A stretch of DNA of 31,174 bases. Source: Actinomycetota bacterium (GTDB lineage Bacteria > Actinomycetota > CADDZG01 > WHSQ01). The DNA lies in NCBI GenBank assembly GCA_046715095.1, contig JBKJZQ010000129.1, forward strand, positions 1 through 31,174. The letters run 5' to 3'. Positions 9,277-17,958 of this stretch are shown here, one piece after another. Below the pieces are notes generated by a model that saw only the letters and a list, made by a program, of their open reading frames with translations, did not search any database and was not told where the DNA came from. Position numbers and translations under genes: made by a program. How positions within the stretch are numbered: position 1 is the first letter of the stretch; each line of letters starts with the position of its first letter.

Positions 9277-10107
9277 ATGACGCAGAAGATGGTCGCGTAT
9301 CAAGGCGAAGCAGGTGCCTACTCGGAAGAGGGAGCGAACCAGCTGTTCCCGGGGGCCGAGTTGATCCCGCTGAGCTCGATCAGGAAGGTGTTCGAGGCGG
9401 TCGAGGTCGGCCGTGTCGATTTCGGGCTCGTGCCGGTGGACAACTCCCAGGCGGGGAGCATCAACGAGACCTACGACCTCTTCCTGAAGCACGGACTCCA
9501 TCTCGTCGGAGAGACCATCGTGCGCGTCGATCACTGTCTCCTCGCCCTTCCGGGGACTAACCTCGACGATCTCACCGTAGTCATCAGTCACCCTCAGGCC
9601 ATCGCTCAATCCGAAGAGTTCCTCAACGCCCTCGACCTGAAGGTCAGGGCGGAGTACGACACCGCGGGATCAGCGAAGACCATCGTCGATGAGAAGCTCG
9701 AGACCACCGGCGCGATCGCCTCCAAGCGGGCGGCCGAGCTGTACGGACTTGATGTTCTCGCCGAGAAGATCCAGACCTATCCCGGCAACTACACGCGCTT
9801 CGGAGCACTGTCACGCAACCCCGAAGCCCTCGAGGAACCGAACAAGTGCTCCCTGGTGTTCGGCGTGGGTCACGTTCCAGGGTGTCTCTACCGGTGCATC
9901 GGTGCATTCTCGGAGCGCCACCTGAACCTGGGCAAGATCGAGTCTCGTCCCCGAGCCGGACGGCCATGGGAGTACGTGATCTACATCGATGTCGAGGCCC
10001 CGGCTCACGTCCCGGAAGTGATCGAGGCTCTCGCCGAGATGAGCGACCACGCGACCTTCACCCGCGTGCTGGGCTCCTACTCCGGCCGCACCGCGGACGC
10101 TCGCTAG
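9277..10107 (+). CDS. pheA: prephenate dehydratase (PDT plus ACT domain)
   Basis: AYQGEAGAYSE, SHPQAIAQS, DTAGSA, NYTRF and KIESRP motifs. Confidence 0.93.
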   Translation: MTQKMVAYQGEAGAYSEEGANQLFPGAELIPLSSIRKVFEAVEVGRVDFGLVPVDNSQAGSINETYDLFLKHGLHLVGETIVRVDHCLLALPGTNLDDLTVVISHPQAIAQSEEFLNALDLKVRAEYDTAGSAKTIVDEKLETTGAIASKRAAELYGLDVLAEKIQTYPGNYTRFGALSRNPEALEEPNKCSLVFGVGHVPGCLYRCIGAFSERHLNLGKIESRPRAGRPWEYVIYIDVEAPAHVPEVIEALAEMSDHATFTRVLGSYSGRTADAR

Positions 10108-10144
10108 TGCACCTCTAGGGGGATCTCGAACTCTCCGGTGCCCA

Positions 10145-10170
10145 GGAGGTTCCTTTCGAGGAACACCTCC
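10145..10170. terminator. hairpin between convergent pheA and the M4 peptidase gene
   Basis: ggagg-ttcct-ttcg-aggaa-ca-cctcc; no U-tract. Confidence 0.45.
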
Positions 10171-10198
10171 GTGCTCACGGCGCCGCCGAACGGGACTC

Positions 10199-13072
10199 CT
10201 AGAGACCGGAGGGGATCGTCGCGGTGAGGATGTCGTCGCCCCCGAAGACCGCGTCCTGCCACACGATGCGATCGCCGGACAGCGCGGGGAACCCTTGCTG
10301 TCCTCGCTGGGGGAGGAGGTCGTAGATGGTTCCGGTCGCGAAGCTGTACATGTAGAGATCGGTGTCGGGGAAGACGGCGCCCTCGGTACGGGCGACCCCA
10401 CCCTCGAGCTCGCCCTGACTGTTGGTCCACACCGCATAGTCCTCGTTCATCGCGGCCCCGAACGGGATCGCATCCCCCGACACCTCGGTGACCGCGCCCG
10501 AAGACGTGTTGAAGACGGCCGCGGTGCCCCCATCGTCTACGGCGAGAACGTTCTCCCCGTAAGCAGCGACGGCCAGCACCACGCCCGGCATCGTGCCGAG
10601 CTCCGTCACTTGACCACCCGGTTGCCACACCAAGACGGCTCCTGCGTCGGTACCCATCGCCACGGTTCCGTCGCCGGTGCCCACGGAAACCACGGAGGTA
10701 CTTCCGAGATCCGGGAGGTCCGCGGCGGTGATGCTCCCGGCCGGATCGATGAACTTCACCCTGTTGTTTTCCATCGAAACCCAGGCGGCGCCGACGTCCG
10801 AGCCGCCGAGCCCGGCCGCCAGCGTCGATAACCCGATCTCGTCGACCGCCTGCTTGGCACCGGCCGCGTCGTACCTTGCGATCGTCCCCGGAAGCTCGAG
10901 TGTGATCACCGAGTCACCGGCGAAGACCACCTGGGCGGTCTCGGGGGTAGCGGCAAGGTTCGTCGGGTTCTTGCCGACCCCCGCCTGAGCGGGGAATCCG
11001 AAGATGCCATCGCCTTCGTTCAGGTCGAGCCACGCGATCTCATCGCCGAAGACACTGGGAGCGAGTTGGGTCTGCGGAGCAGAGCTCACGATCTGGCCCG
11101 GCCCGGGGACGGGATCGGCACAGCCGGCACAGATCTTGTTGAAGTCGAAGGTCTCCTTGGCAACCCGGAGGATTTCGGGATCCGCTCCGGCTTCCACCGT
11201 GGTCTCTTCGATCGCGTTCCGGGCATCGAGGAATCCCGATGACGGACCGAGCTTCCGCGTGAGGGCGGCATAGACGATCTTGTCGAAGTCCGTGGCGAGC
11301 TTGGAGTCGTTCCCACCCCCACCGTCGATCTGCGCAAGGCGAGTACGGATGCTCCACAGCGCGTTGTTCCAGATCGAAGAGTTGAGGTGGACCCCGCCCG
11401 AGTCCTGATTGACTCCCAGGATCCGCAGCCTGTGGGGAGGATTGAGGATGTAGAGGTAATCCTCGAACGTGTTGCCGTTGAGCATGTAGCGCAGCGACAA
11501 GCCGCCCTCCGGGTTGGGCTTGCACATCGGGGTCGCGGAGGTGAAGCCGCCGCAACCTCCTTCGAACACCTCGGCGGTGTCGGAGCCCTTGAAGCGGTTT
11601 CCGATGACGTTCCCCAGGTAGTCCGAGAAGCTTTCGTTGAGCGCCCCCGACTGGCCCGAATAGATGAGTCCGGCCGACGTATCCGTTACGCCGTGGGTGA
11701 TCTCGTGCCCCGCCGTATCGATCTCGACCTCGGATAGCTCTGCGGGGGTTCCTCCCGGAGCGCACGGGTTTCCGTACACCATCTGCGGCGGCTGCAACGA
11801 GCCCGAGAAGAACGAGTTGCAGAAGTCGTTCCCTCCGAAGTTGACCGAGGAGATCAGCGATCCCCCTACCCCGTCCCATGAAGAGCGGCCCAGCTCCGCG
11901 TAGAAGTCGTAAACGACGCGGCTCAGTGCCTGCCCCGCGAGGGCTTCGGGATCCTCGATGAGCGTCGAGTTCGAAACGTACAGTTGACCGGGGAGCTGAC
12001 TCTCGTCGTTGCTTCCCCCGGCGTCATAGGTGTAGATGCCGCCGGTGCCCGTAGCGGGGTCGTAGGTCGGCACGGTCGTGTCCACTAGGGAGACCTGCCC
12101 ATTGTCGGTCACGAGCCCGTTCGCTTCGAGTGTTCCGCCGACGGGGTTATCGCCGTTGACCACGACGGACTGGCTGGCCACCTGAAGCTGTGTACGGAGG
12201 GATCCAACGTTCTTCGAGCCGGTTCGTACGGAGGCGATCTGCGGTCCGTAGGCGGGTAGTGCGTGGGCATGAGCAGAGGCCGGCCGCACGTTGAGCAGGT
12301 TTCCATCCGATGCGCTGATGTAGTAGAGCCCGTCGGCCAGGGTCAGTTCGTCACCCTCCCGGTCGGTGCCGACGACCGCAACCTCCCACGCGAGCTGACC
12401 ACCCTCGCCGGGAGTGATCACGAGTCGGGGCTTCCCCTGCGGCGTGCCTCCGGAGAGGCTCTTCGCGGCGGCGGCCGCTTTGCGAGCCGGGAAGGTGGGC
12501 TCGGTGTCGACCGATACGCCCGGGAAGACCCGGCCTCCGAGAGCGTTTACCCGGGGCTCGCCCTCGGCATCGCCGATCGTGACGATCAAAGTGCCGTCGA
12601 GCACCGGGACCCCCTCGAGGACCTGCTGGGCCCGGATCACGCTCGAACCGTTGGCGTCGGGAGGTTCGGCCTCACCGAATTCGAGGTCCCTGTAGCCGAT
12701 CCCGAACAAGCGAGGTCCGTAGGCGTCGAGGAAGGCCTCGATCACGGTTGGGGCATCGGCCCTGGGATCGGCGAAGAACCGCCCGCCCGACAGCTCTGTG
12801 AGGTAGCCGGTCACGTCATCCTGACGGCCGACCCAGCCGGAGCCGGTCGCCGACCGCAGCTCATCGATGGCGTCCTCTAGCTCGGCCAGACGGGCCCCCG
12901 ACTCGGCGGCTTCGGCGCTCTGCTGCCAGGTCGCCGATACGACGAGCGTCTGCGGACGCTCTCCCTCGGAGGATCCGAAGAGCGGCTCCTCATCGCACGC
13001 GGCCAGGAAGATCACGGCCCCAAGGGCCGCGATCAGAGTGAACGAACGTCGAGACGAGGATCCTGCTGCCAC
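10199..13072 (-). CDS. M4 (thermolysin-family) metallopeptidase lipoprotein with propeptide and a C-terminal beta-propeller-like region
   Basis: Lipobox LAAC after a hydrophobic stretch; HEITH at 11693-11707; ALNESFSD; GGVHLNS; FTP/PepSY-like proregion; C-terminal P.LSGDRIVWQD-type repeats. Confidence 0.88.
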   Translation of the reverse strand: MAAGSSSRRSFTLIAALGAVIFLAACDEEPLFGSSEGERPQTLVVSATWQQSAEAAESGARLAELEDAIDELRSATGSGWVGRQDDVTGYLTELSGGRFFADPRADAPTVIEAFLDAYGPRLFGIGYRDLEFGEAEPPDANGSSVIRAQQVLEGVPVLDGTLIVTIGDAEGEPRVNALGGRVFPGVSVDTEPTFPARKAAAAAKSLSGGTPQGKPRLVITPGEGGQLAWEVAVVGTDREGDELTLADGLYYISASDGNLLNVRPASAHAHALPAYGPQIASVRTGSKNVGSLRTQLQVASQSVVVNGDNPVGGTLEANGLVTDNGQVSLVDTTVPTYDPATGTGGIYTYDAGGSNDESQLPGQLYVSNSTLIEDPEALAGQALSRVVYDFYAELGRSSWDGVGGSLISSVNFGGNDFCNSFFSGSLQPPQMVYGNPCAPGGTPAELSEVEIDTAGHEITHGVTDTSAGLIYSGQSGALNESFSDYLGNVIGNRFKGSDTAEVFEGGCGGFTSATPMCKPNPEGGLSLRYMLNGNTFEDYLYILNPPHRLRILGVNQDSGGVHLNSSIWNNALWSIRTRLAQIDGGGGNDSKLATDFDKIVYAALTRKLGPSSGFLDARNAIEETTVEAGADPEILRVAKETFDFNKICAGCADPVPGPGQIVSSAPQTQLAPSVFGDEIAWLDLNEGDGIFGFPAQAGVGKNPTNLAATPETAQVVFAGDSVITLELPGTIARYDAAGAKQAVDEIGLSTLAAGLGGSDVGAAWVSMENNRVKFIDPAGSITAADLPDLGSTSVVSVGTGDGTVAMGTDAGAVLVWQPGGQVTELGTMPGVVLAVAAYGENVLAVDDGGTAAVFNTSSGAVTEVSGDAIPFGAAMNEDYAVWTNSQGELEGGVARTEGAVFPDTDLYMYSFATGTIYDLLPQRGQQGFPALSGDRIVWQDAVFGGDDILTATIPSGL

Positions 13073-13103
13073 AGGGCAGAGTGTCTGTACCCGGCCCCTG
13101 TCC

Positions 13104-13169
13104 TGTCAATGACCTTTGCGGCTTGATATCGGTTCTCCGAGGGGCCTCTTTTTCTCAAGGTCATTGACA
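13104..13169. promoter_or_regulatory. divergent promoter region with a 13-bp inverted repeat; each arm contains a TTGACA and a GTCA-W-TGAC palindrome
   Basis: tgtcaatgacctt (13104-13116) / aaggtcattgaca (13157-13169). Candidate -10 boxes at an 18-nt spacer: GACACT (minus, 13085-13080) and CAATCT (plus, 13188-13193). Confidence 0.65.
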
Positions 13170-13234
13170 AGGTGGTTCGGGACTCATCAATCTTCTGCTT
13201 GTGCTTGCCGGTTTACCCCACTAGGGAGGTCAGT

Positions 13235-14434
13235 TTGCAGTGCCCTGAGTGCTCCACCACCAATCCAGAGGTGGCGCAGTTCTGTTACAGGTGCGGTCAC
13301 GCCCTAAGACACGCCGACTCCTCCAAACACGGACGGAACAATTCATATGTGGTGCAGTCGTCCGAGGGCGTCAACCAGTTCGCCCTTATCTCCACGATCA
13401 TGCCCCACACCAATAGAGAGACCGCCGACAATTACCGCTGGGCCATGCTGATCAGCGCGCTTTTTGTCGTCGGCGCCACGGCGCTCGGCGTGCTGTCCAT
13501 GGCGGTAGCCGCCGCCGCCTTCCTGATCCCGATCGCCTATCTCGTCTACATCTACGACGTGAACCTGTGGGAGGACGCGCCGGTGCCGGTAGTCGCCGGC
13601 CTCTTCCTTGCGACGGGGGTGCTGGCGACCCTCGTTTCCCTCGTCTTCTTCCGCTGGGTCTTCGATTCGGAATTCGGGACGTTCGTCGCGGGAAGCGGAG
13701 CGCGAGGGGGCATCGGTTCGATCTCGATCACGGCGCTGCTGATATTCGCGGTGCTCCTGCCGATCGTTGCCGAGGTCGTGAAGAACCTCTTCGGCTGCCT
13801 GCTCGCCCGGCGACCCGAGTTCGACGACATGATCGACGGCCTGACGTTCGGGGTGGCCGCCGGTACCGCTTACGCCGCGTTCGAGACCATCGTCGTGTTC
13901 TGGTCGGTGTTCACCTCGAGTGAGTTCCGAACCACCGACGGGCTGGCCTCCTGGGTCGTCGTGATCGTGAACCTCATGGTCGTGAAGTCGCTCATCTACG
14001 GGACCGCCTCCGGGATAGCGGTTGGGGCGTTCTCCGGCAAAGGCGAGGGCCACGACGGCTTCACTCCTCACTACGTGGCGAACTTCGCCTTCGCCGCCGG
14101 TGCCAACGTTCTCTACTGGCTGGGCGTTCGGCTCTTCGCCTACGCACCGTTCGGACAGGTCCTCGGTCTCCTCTGGGGCCTAGTCATCCTGGGCATCCTC
14201 GTGATCCGAGTGAGGGTCAGCATGCAGGCCGCTCTGCTCGAAGCCGCGGTGGAAGATGCGGCGCACGAGCGCCACGGGTCGAGGGAGACATTCGAGGAGT
14301 CGTTCTGTCCCGAGTGCGAGAACATGCTGATCTCGGGCTCGCTCTTCTGCGTCGCCTGCGGGGAGTCGGTGCGCTCCACCTCCCACCAAGCGCGGCGAGA
14401 TATGCGCTCCGGATCGGTAGGGGGTGCGGCATGA
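13235..14434 (+). CDS. zinc-ribbon-flanked PrsW-family membrane protein, probably catalytically inactive
   Basis: TTG13235 after GGGAGG; CPEC..CYRC at the N-terminus and CPEC..CVAC at the C-terminus; multiple TM helices; PrsW-like PIVAEVVK, D..DG..G and YAAFET, but the His motifs are absent. Confidence 0.8.
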   Translation: MQCPECSTTNPEVAQFCYRCGHALRHADSSKHGRNNSYVVQSSEGVNQFALISTIMPHTNRETADNYRWAMLISALFVVGATALGVLSMAVAAAAFLIPIAYLVYIYDVNLWEDAPVPVVAGLFLATGVLATLVSLVFFRWVFDSEFGTFVAGSGARGGIGSISITALLIFAVLLPIVAEVVKNLFGCLLARRPEFDDMIDGLTFGVAAGTAYAAFETIVVFWSVFTSSEFRTTDGLASWVVVIVNLMVVKSLIYGTASGIAVGAFSGKGEGHDGFTPHYVANFAFAAGANVLYWLGVRLFAYAPFGQVLGLLWGLVILGILVIRVRVSMQAALLEAAVEDAAHERHGSRETFEESFCPECENMLISGSLFCVACGESVRSTSHQARRDMRSGSVGGAA

Positions 14435-15261
14435 GCGATCAGACAACACCGGTGCCTGAGCCGACGCCTTCTCCAGCGCCCGAGCCGACGCCGGCGGCGA
14501 CGGCTCCCGGGACGGCACAGCCGCCCGCCGGGGGAAGCCCGTTCAATTCCGGGAAGCAGAAGACCATCGCCATGATCGTCGCCGGAGTCGTGGTGGTGGG
14601 CGGTATCGGCGGGCTCATCGGCGCGATGGCGGGCGGCGGAGACGACAAGCAGGATGTCGCCGCTCCGGGTGAAGGGGGCTCTGGGATCCTCAACCCGACC
14701 CCGATCTCCAACACCAATCCGGAGCCCGAGGAAACAACCGAGCCGACCGAACCGGCGCCGCAGCCGACCGAGGCAGAGCCGCGACCGCCCCCGGCGGGCG
14801 ACGGTGTCTCACTGGGTGGGGTCGCGACGCTCCCGCTCCCGAGCGGCTGGAGCGTGCTGGGACAGAGCGACACGGACGCATTGCTGACCGACGATCAGAA
14901 CACGTGGGTCTATGGGGTGGTGGGCCAGCAGGACCCGTCCACCGATGCCGGTGCTCTCCTGAGTCAGGTCATCCCCGAGGTGCTTCCGTCGGAGAACTAC
15001 AGCCAGCTCCAACTGGGCGAGGTAAGTCCGATCCAGCCGTTCGGATCGATGGTCTCCACAGCGGTGGTCGACTACCAGGCCCTATGGGTTGACTCGCAAG
15101 GATCGATGTCCCTTTACGGGCAGATGTACGTGGGGATCCGGCAGGACGGCGCGTCCTTGATCCTCACCGCCGAGCACACGCCACCCGATGAGTTCGAACA
15201 GAGCAACTCGTCGTGGGGACCCGTGGTCGACGGAGCCTTCCAGGCTTTCGCCTCTCTATAG
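14431..15261 (+). CDS. single-TM protein with a Pro/Thr/Glu-rich linker and an extracytoplasmic domain of unknown function
   Basis: ATGA overlap with the upstream gene; TM segment IAMIVAGVVVVGGIGGLIGAMAG; PEP-rich stretches; good codon usage. Confidence 0.82.
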   Translation: MSDQTTPVPEPTPSPAPEPTPAATAPGTAQPPAGGSPFNSGKQKTIAMIVAGVVVVGGIGGLIGAMAGGGDDKQDVAAPGEGGSGILNPTPISNTNPEPEETTEPTEPAPQPTEAEPRPPPAGDGVSLGGVATLPLPSGWSVLGQSDTDALLTDDQNTWVYGVVGQQDPSTDAGALLSQVIPEVLPSENYSQLQLGEVSPIQPFGSMVSTAVVDYQALWVDSQGSMSLYGQMYVGIRQDGASLILTAEHTPPDEFEQSNSSWGPVVDGAFQAFASL

Positions 15262-15343
15262 TGGTGCGTTATCTGCGCGGAGGTGCGCTTAGGCTGATCC
15301 CTCAATCGTTCCGCGCGATCAGAGACGTCAGGAGGACCCCCAC

Positions 15344-16825
15344 ATGGCACAGGTAGACGTGCTTCCGGAGGTGACTAAGTTCATCGGATCCGGGCCCAAG
15401 ATGGTCATCGGCGGCGCCGCCGTTGCCGCCGCTTCGGGGGAGGTGTTCGACGTCTACGACCCTTCGACCGGCAAGGTCATCACTCACGCTCCCAGGGGGT
15501 CGGCGGAGGACGTCGACCGCGCCGTGGTGGCAGCTCGCGAGGCGTTCGATGACCGAAGGTGGACCGGATTGCGACCGGGGAAGCGTTCCGAAGTCCTGTT
15601 TAAGATAGGTGAGCTCATCAAACGCAACATCCCCGAGCTCACCCAGCTCGAGTCACTCGATTCCGGCAAACCCGTGAGCATCGCAGCGGGGGAGATGTGG
15701 ATGGCGAGCGAGGTCTTCCGCTACTACTCGGGATGGCCGACGAAGATCTTCGGTGAAACGAATCCCACCGCGGACGACATGTTCGTCTACTCCCTGCGCG
15801 AGCCGCTCGGAGTGTGTGGCGGGATAATCCCATGGAACTTCCCGCTCGCGATGGCGGTCTGGAAGGTCGCTCCGGCGCTTGCTTGCGGCAACACGGTCGT
15901 GCTGAAGCCCGCCGAGCAGACGCCCCTCACGGCCGTGCGACTTGCCGAGCTGTGTCTCGAAGCCGGTGTGCCCGAAGGTGTCGTCAACGTGGTGACCGGT
16001 CTCGGGCCGGAGGCGGGAGCCGCGCTCGCCTCGCACATGGACGTCGACAAGGTTGCGTTCACCGGATCGACCGAGGTGGGGCGGAAGATCCTCGAAGCCT
16101 CCGCCGGGAACCTGAAACGGGTATCGCTGGAACTCGGTGGCAAGTCCCCGAACATCGTGTTCGCGGACGCCAACATGAAGCGCGCCGCGAAGGGTTCGAT
16201 GATGGGGGTCTTCCTCAACTCGGGCCAGGTGTGCACCGCCGGCACGCGCATCCTGGTAGAGAGCTCGGTCCACGATGACTTCGTCGCATCGCTCGTGGAG
16301 GCGACCGCAGCGATGAAGCTCGGACCGGGACTTGACGAGACCACCGGGATGGGACCGGTCGTGTCACAGGAGCAACTCGACCGGGTGACCGGGTACATCG
16401 ACATCGGTAAAGGCGAGGGGGCCGAGGTCGTAACCGGAGGGGAACGAGCGACCGAGCTCGGCGACGGTTACTTCGTCCAGCCGACGGTCTTCGCCGGAGT
16501 GAAGAACGACATGCGCATCGCCCAAGAGGAGATCTTCGGTCCGGTCGCCGCCGTGATCGAAGTGGATGGGGTTGAGGAGGCCATCGAGGTGGCGAACGAC
16601 ACGGTCTACGGGCTCGCCTCGGCCGTATGGACGACGGATCTGTCCAAAGCCCATCGTGTCGCCAAAGGGATCAAGGCGGGGACCGTCTGGATCAATACCG
16701 CCGGGCAGTACGACCCTTCGGTCTCGTTCGGCGGCTACAAGCAGTCGGGCTTCGGGCGAGAGCTGGGCGCCCACTCGATCGAGACGTACACGCAGACGAA
16801 GTCGGTCTGGGTCTCGCTCAAGTAG
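15344..16825 (+). CDS. NAD-dependent aldehyde dehydrogenase
   Basis: IIPWNFP, KPAEQTP, FTGSTEVG, LELGGKSP (catalytic E), GQVCTAG (catalytic C) and EEIFGPV motifs; AGGAGG Shine-Dalgarno. Confidence 0.96.
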   Translation: MAQVDVLPEVTKFIGSGPKMVIGGAAVAAASGEVFDVYDPSTGKVITHAPRGSAEDVDRAVVAAREAFDDRRWTGLRPGKRSEVLFKIGELIKRNIPELTQLESLDSGKPVSIAAGEMWMASEVFRYYSGWPTKIFGETNPTADDMFVYSLREPLGVCGGIIPWNFPLAMAVWKVAPALACGNTVVLKPAEQTPLTAVRLAELCLEAGVPEGVVNVVTGLGPEAGAALASHMDVDKVAFTGSTEVGRKILEASAGNLKRVSLELGGKSPNIVFADANMKRAAKGSMMGVFLNSGQVCTAGTRILVESSVHDDFVASLVEATAAMKLGPGLDETTGMGPVVSQEQLDRVTGYIDIGKGEGAEVVTGGERATELGDGYFVQPTVFAGVKNDMRIAQEEIFGPVAAVIEVDGVEEAIEVANDTVYGLASAVWTTDLSKAHRVAKGIKAGTVWINTAGQYDPSVSFGGYKQSGFGRELGAHSIETYTQTKSVWVSLK

Positions 16826-17095
16826 TCACGAGATCCTGAAGCCGGATAGTCCCTGAGGAGCTTCGTCGACGGCATCGACCTCCTCGACGTGCGCGTGCGA
16901 GGGGCCGTTCTTCGCCCAGGAGATGACCCCGAGGACCGCGTCCTCATCGCCCTCCAGGACGAGCTCGACGCGACCGTCGGCGAGGTTGGTCGCGGAGCCC
17001 GCTACCCCGGCCTCCGAAGCAACCGTTCGCGCGGAGTCCCGGAAGAACACCCCTTGGACCTGTCCCGATACGTAGACCCTTTTCCGCACCCTCAA
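16826..17095 (-). CDS. acyP: acylphosphatase
   Basis: VSGQVQGVFFR and NLADGRVE motifs; TTG start overlaps the upstream stop codon. Confidence 0.93.
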   Translation of the reverse strand: MRVRKRVYVSGQVQGVFFRDSARTVASEAGVAGSATNLADGRVELVLEGDEDAVLGVISWAKNGPSHAHVEEVDAVDEAPQGLSGFRIS

Positions 17096-17388
17096 TTGGC
17101 GCCCCCCACGGGCCGGATTACGATCGTGTCGTGTTGAGGATCGAGAGCCACCACCGCGTCGGGGAAGGCCTCCGCCACGCTCGGATCCACGAAGATCCGG
17201 ACCCCGTCCCGTTCCATGATGCTTTCGCCGGCGCTCGGCCCCTCGGCCAACTCGACCTGGATGTTCGTCCCGCCACCGAGCCCTCGGGCTGCCCGCAGCC
17301 TTACGCCGCCACGCTGCTTGTCGATGCCGCCCATCTCGAGCGACCGAGCGAGCATCAGGGCGGCCTCGTCGGTTACTTCTAAACTCAT
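17092..17388 (-). CDS. HesB/IscA-like fold protein with no cysteines
   Basis: LEVTDEAA...GVRL...DGVRIFVDP pattern of A-type carrier-like proteins; strong Shine-Dalgarno. Confidence 0.7.
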   Translation of the reverse strand: MSLEVTDEAALMLARSLEMGGIDKQRGGVRLRAARGLGGGTNIQVELAEGPSAGESIMERDGVRIFVDPSVAEAFPDAVVALDPQHDTIVIRPVGGAN

Positions 17389-17462
17389 GCTCCTCCTAGT
17401 TCCTCCTATGCTCCTCTTGAGAAGATTGAGCGTACGCGACGAGACTACGGACAGGAGACGGG

Positions 17463-17855
17463 ATGGACGACAACGTGAGGGCGTTCCTCGAGGATAATCA
17501 CGGCGCCGTCCAGACCACTCTGGCCGAGGACGGCACGCCGCATGTAGCGAGGATCGGGGTCGGCCTCGTCGAGGGCAAGCTCTGGAGCTCGGCGACTCAG
17601 GACCGGGTCAGGACGAGGCATCTCCGCCGGGATCCCCGCTCGACCCTCTGCGTGCTGGCGGAATCGCCGTGGCAGTGGCTCGGTATCGAGGCGACCGTGA
17701 AGATCCTCGAGGACGATCCGGTCGAGGACAACCTCAGGCTCTACCGGGCGCTCGCGGGGGAGCCCGAAGACCTCGAGGAGTACAGGGCAGCGATGGTCAC
17801 GGAGAAGCGAATCATCTACGAGTTCGATATGGGTCGTACGTACGGCCAATTTTGA
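17463..17855 (+). CDS. PPOX-class putative F420-dependent oxidoreductase
   Basis: DGTPH, RVRTRHLRRDPR and EEYRAAMVTEKR motifs; AGGAG Shine-Dalgarno. Confidence 0.88.
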   Translation: MDDNVRAFLEDNHGAVQTTLAEDGTPHVARIGVGLVEGKLWSSATQDRVRTRHLRRDPRSTLCVLAESPWQWLGIEATVKILEDDPVEDNLRLYRALAGEPEDLEEYRAAMVTEKRIIYEFDMGRTYGQF

Positions 17856-17889
17856 GTCGTTGGTCCCCCCGGTGACCCCGTTCGCCTTC

Positions 17890-17916
17890 TCAAGCCCGCC
17901 TCGTCGAAAGCCGATA
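17890..17916 (+). promoter_or_regulatory. sigma28 (FliA/WhiG)-like promoter
   Basis: TCAAG (17890-17894), 15-nt spacer, GCCGATA (17910-17916); 42 nt before the GGDEF/HD-GYP gene. Confidence 0.5.
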
Positions 17917-17958
17917 CCCGAGATGTAGGCAATCGATGACATCTAGGGCAGGGGACGG

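Noticed and set aside
14429-14470. Gene start GCATGAGCGATCAGACAACACC at an ATGA junction, resembling the 5' half of the MIRU-like element
   Set aside because: Needs three gaps, lacks the conserved CCCGCCGCGAAGGG 3' block, and Pro-rich coding could mimic it. Worth rescoring with a profile HMM.
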